The position numbers were made by a program, and so were the translations under genes. Shown here one piece after another: positions 61,144-64,000 of a stretch of 64,000 nucleotides of DNA. How positions within the stretch are numbered: position 1 is the first letter of the stretch; each line of letters begins with the position of its first letter. The notes under the pieces were generated by a model, which did not search any database, was not told where the DNA came from, and worked only from the letters and a program-made list of their open reading frames with translations. Origin of the DNA: an uncultured delta proteobacterium (GTDB lineage: Bacteria; Myxococcota_A; Polyangia; Fen-1088); contig CAVYGB010000010.1 of the NCBI GenBank assembly GCA_963767925.1, positions 480,001 to 544,000 on the forward strand. The letters run 5' to 3'.

Positions 61144-62115
61144 ATGCAGACGGGCAGGGACGGATGGGGTGGTGCGAGGCATCTTGTTGCAAAGCCGGCG
61201 ATGCTGCGGCCTAACGGCTGGCAACGCGCGATTCGACTGAGTGCTGGCTTGTGTTTGATGCTCGGCTGCTCCCGTTCATCGGACAGCGGCGGGCCGCGCG
61301 AGTCGGCGGGCGGTGAAACCGTCGCGCGGGTGGGGGACTGGAGGATGACGAATTCCGAGCTCCAGGCCCAGCTCGGCAAGGCGCAGGATGGTGTGGCAGG
61401 AGCCCGGCGACTGGTCGATGAAGGCATTCGCTTTCAGCTGCTGGTCCAGGAGGCCGAACGCCGGGGATACGGAAAACACCCCGAGATCGTGCTGCTCATG
61501 AAGAAGCAGATGATCAGCCGGATGCTGGCGGACAGCAAGGATCTGCAAGCCGTCGATGTCCACGCTCCCGTCACCGAAGAGGAGGTGGCGGCCCACTTCA
61601 GGAAACACGCCGACGAGTTCAGCAAGGCCGAAGAGATTCAGATGGCTCAGATAGTCGTGTCGCATCAGGGCAAAGCGCGGCAGGCGGCCCGCGAGGCGAT
61701 GAAGGCCAGGTCTTTCGATGGCGGGAAGGATCAGCGAGCTTTCCAGGAGCTGGTGACCAGATACTCCGAGGACGGGACGACCCGCGGCCGCGGCGGCGTG
61801 TTGCCCTTCTTCTCCCGCGAACGCGCCCCCCATCACCGTTCCGTCGTCGACGCGGCCTTCAAGCTGGAGACACCGGGCGCGGTCTCCCCACCGGTCCTGG
61901 CCGACGGCAGGTACCACGTGCTCAAGCTGATCTCCCGGCGTCCGGCCGTCACGCGATCGCTCGACGATGTCCGCGGCCAGATCCGAATGAAGCTGCAGCA
62001 GGGTAGGCGAACGGAAAGCCTCGACGCTTTCGTCGAGAGCCTGCGCACCCGAGCGGCAGTGGAGGTGAACGAAAGCGCTCTGCGCACCCTCTCCATGGAG
62101 GCCGGCAGCCGATAG
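61144..62115 (+). CDS. PpiC/parvulin-type peptidyl-prolyl isomerase lipoprotein
   Basis: MLGC lipobox, VARVG, FQELVTRYSED..TRGRGG.L, AAFKL, YHVLKL. Confidence 0.9.
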   Translation: MQTGRDGWGGARHLVAKPAMLRPNGWQRAIRLSAGLCLMLGCSRSSDSGGPRESAGGETVARVGDWRMTNSELQAQLGKAQDGVAGARRLVDEGIRFQLLVQEAERRGYGKHPEIVLLMKKQMISRMLADSKDLQAVDVHAPVTEEEVAAHFRKHADEFSKAEEIQMAQIVVSHQGKARQAAREAMKARSFDGGKDQRAFQELVTRYSEDGTTRGRGGVLPFFSRERAPHHRSVVDAAFKLETPGAVSPPVLADGRYHVLKLISRRPAVTRSLDDVRGQIRMKLQQGRRTESLDAFVESLRTRAAVEVNESALRTLSMEAGSR

Positions 62116-62483
62116 CGGCTACTTCACCGCGCGGCGGGCGGTGACGATCCAGAACCGGAAGTCGAACATCACGCCCTGGTTGCGACCGGGTCGCGGCCTC
62201 CCACGACCACGGGTCGCGAGAGGGTCAGGTGATGGATATCGGAGGCGTCATGGACGAATCCGCATGCCCAGCGGGAGGGCAGTGAGTTCAGGCCCCGTTA
62301 TGGCATCGCGCCAGCGTGTGTTGTCAGGCCGATAGTTCCTTCTTCCGTCATGAGGGACACCGGACTGCTCGCCTCCGCGGGACGGGTCTGGCGGGCTGCT
62401 GCACAATAGTGGCATCGGCTGTAGCCAGTGAGCTGCTCGGTTTGCGGCGCGGGATCTAAGCACCAGTCCCTCACCTCCGACAA

Positions 62484-63610
62484 TCATCCCTCAAAAAGTT
62501 CCGCGTATCTGCCATACCCCCGCGCCACCATGACGTTGACGAGCTCGCGGGCCTCCTCTTGGGCCTCGGCATCTCCGGATTCAAGAGCGGCCGCCAGGAT
62601 GGCCGGCGCCTCGCCGGACCACATCGTGAACCCGCCGCGATCCTCCTGAGATTGGGCGATTGCGGCCAGGCATCTGACGGCCTCGAGCGGATGCGTTTCG
62701 ACGGCTCCGTCGAGGAACTCCATGACGATGAAGGCCGGTTCGATCGCCCCGGTCAGGCCGAGCACAGTCGCGACCTGAGCGATGCGCCAGTCGGGCTCGA
62801 GGCGCGGGGCCTTGGCCCACCACCCGAACGCGGCGAGCTCGTGAGCGTGGCTTGCGGGCGCCTTTCGGCCTTCCGCGAGGCGGTGCTCCCACAGCTCCTT
62901 GGCCCGCAAGGCCATCTCAGCTGTGGCCGTAGTCTGAGGCGATCCCAGGACGCGGCCCACGAAGTCGATGGCGGACGCTCGCACCGTCTCGGGGACGGCT
63001 TCGAAGAAATAGCGCACGAAGCCGCCCGACTCGAGGCCGATCTTGCCATGAAGGTAGAGCACCATGACGTGCGCCACGAGGTGCTCGACGTGGTCGGGGA
63101 GCTTCTCGTCGAGGTCGGCGCCCGCAAGCGCGTCGACGGCGCGCTGATATTCCGGCTGCAGCACGTCCCAGAGAAGCTCGCTGGCCCTGTTCGTGAGCGC
63201 GGCTTCCCAAAGGGCCGCGCGCAGCGCCGAGACCGCCGGATCGCTAGGGAAGAGCGTCGCCAGGTTCCGCTGGACCCAATCCCGATCCAGCCAAAGGAGC
63301 GTGGAGAACCGCATGCCGTAGACGGCGCGCGCCGTGGTCGACGGGTCTTTCTCCGGGTCGAGGTGCTCCTCCAGGGCCGTCTCGACCTCGGGCATCCTGT
63401 CGAAGCCAGCGACGGTTCCAGGGTCAGCCTTTTCCAAGTGCTCCTTCACCCAGACGGCGTACTTGAAGGCGGCGTGGATCGCCTCGCCGCGGACGGTGTT
63501 GATCGACATCGACACGGGGTCCATGTTCGACCCGCCATACTCCCGCTCGTGCTCCGGAGTCGGATCCGGGTCCTCCATCAGTGCCGAGATGAGTCGCCAC
63601 ACTGCGACGC
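62484..63610 (-). pseudogene. Helical C-terminal part of a large protein, possibly a STAND-NTPase/defence-type gene (5'-truncated)
   Basis: DPDP...SINTVRGEA, LD.DW, ELAAFGWW motifs. No credible N-terminus. Confidence 0.5.
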
Positions 63611-63763
63611 GCTCCGCTGTGTCAATTTTCCGGCAGCCAAAGCTGGTTGGGTTCGCCGACCGATGGGCGCGTGCCGCTCGTTGGTTTCGGTACGCTGGCG
63701 GGTGACTGGGCGGATGAGCGGGACCTGACCGCCAACTTTCAGTGGGATTGCTTTCCCTGGCAC

Positions 63764-64000
63764 GTGAGGAGGGGGAAGGCGGGCTACAAGAGCTTCACCC
63801 TCACCTTGCCGAAGGAGATCTCATTGTTCGCGGAAGGGCATCGGCAGGCGGCGAAGGCCGTGATGTGCGATGCGGCGGCGGCGACACTCGAGGACGCATT
63901 TCCTGGGCTGGATGTCAGCGCGGTGGGGGCGATCCACACGCGCAACGAGGCGGGCGAGGTTCATTTCCACATGCACCTGCTGGTAGCCAAGTTCGCTCGG
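63764..64000 (+). CDS. HUH relaxase (Mob-type), partial; runs off the window
   Basis: GYKSFTLTLPKEISL...GAIHTRNEAGEVHFHMHLLV, an H...HUH motif. Confidence 0.75.
   Translation, partial: MRRGKAGYKSFTLTLPKEISLFAEGHRQAAKAVMCDAAAATLEDAFPGLDVSAVGAIHTRNEAGEVHFHMHLLVAKFAR

Larger units (their letters stand above)
51353..64000. mobile_element. Decayed integrative/mobilisable element (boundaries undefined)
   Basis: TA pair, RHH, integrase stub, Rhs cargo and relaxase, with visibly lower GC than the flanks. No att sites found. Confidence 0.5.

Overview
This is a very GC-rich window whose gene content points to a myxobacterium (Myxococcota/Polyangia-like): MYXO-CTERM-like sorting tag, myxobacterial Cys-rich repeats, PilY1, TraB-like OmpA and an STK-ECF pair. 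It is an accessory, mosaic region where intact single genes and small operons alternate with about 20 truncated gene remnants. The two most notable loci are (1) a three-gene TraAB-like operon (30436-37619) whose surface partner is a 1.6-kaa invasin-like Ig-repeat protein rather than a PA14-type TraA, with an extra Cys-rich lipoprotein in the middle, and (2) a teneurin-like Rhs protein (53178/53366-60601) with Cys-rich repeats, NHL and YD regions and an unassigned C-terminal domain. The Rhs gene is followed by a candidate immunity gene and a PpiC chaperone, and lies inside a decayed mobile element (toxin-antitoxin pair, RHH gene, integrase stub, HUH relaxase). Also present are the 3' end of a group II intron (domain X, DV, DVI) next to a four-helix-bundle gene, an orphan PilY1, a FIST-hybrid kinase pair and a near-symmetric six-repeat beta-propeller. 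I found no rRNA, tRNA or CRISPR array. All calls come from motif recognition by eye; no database searches were run.
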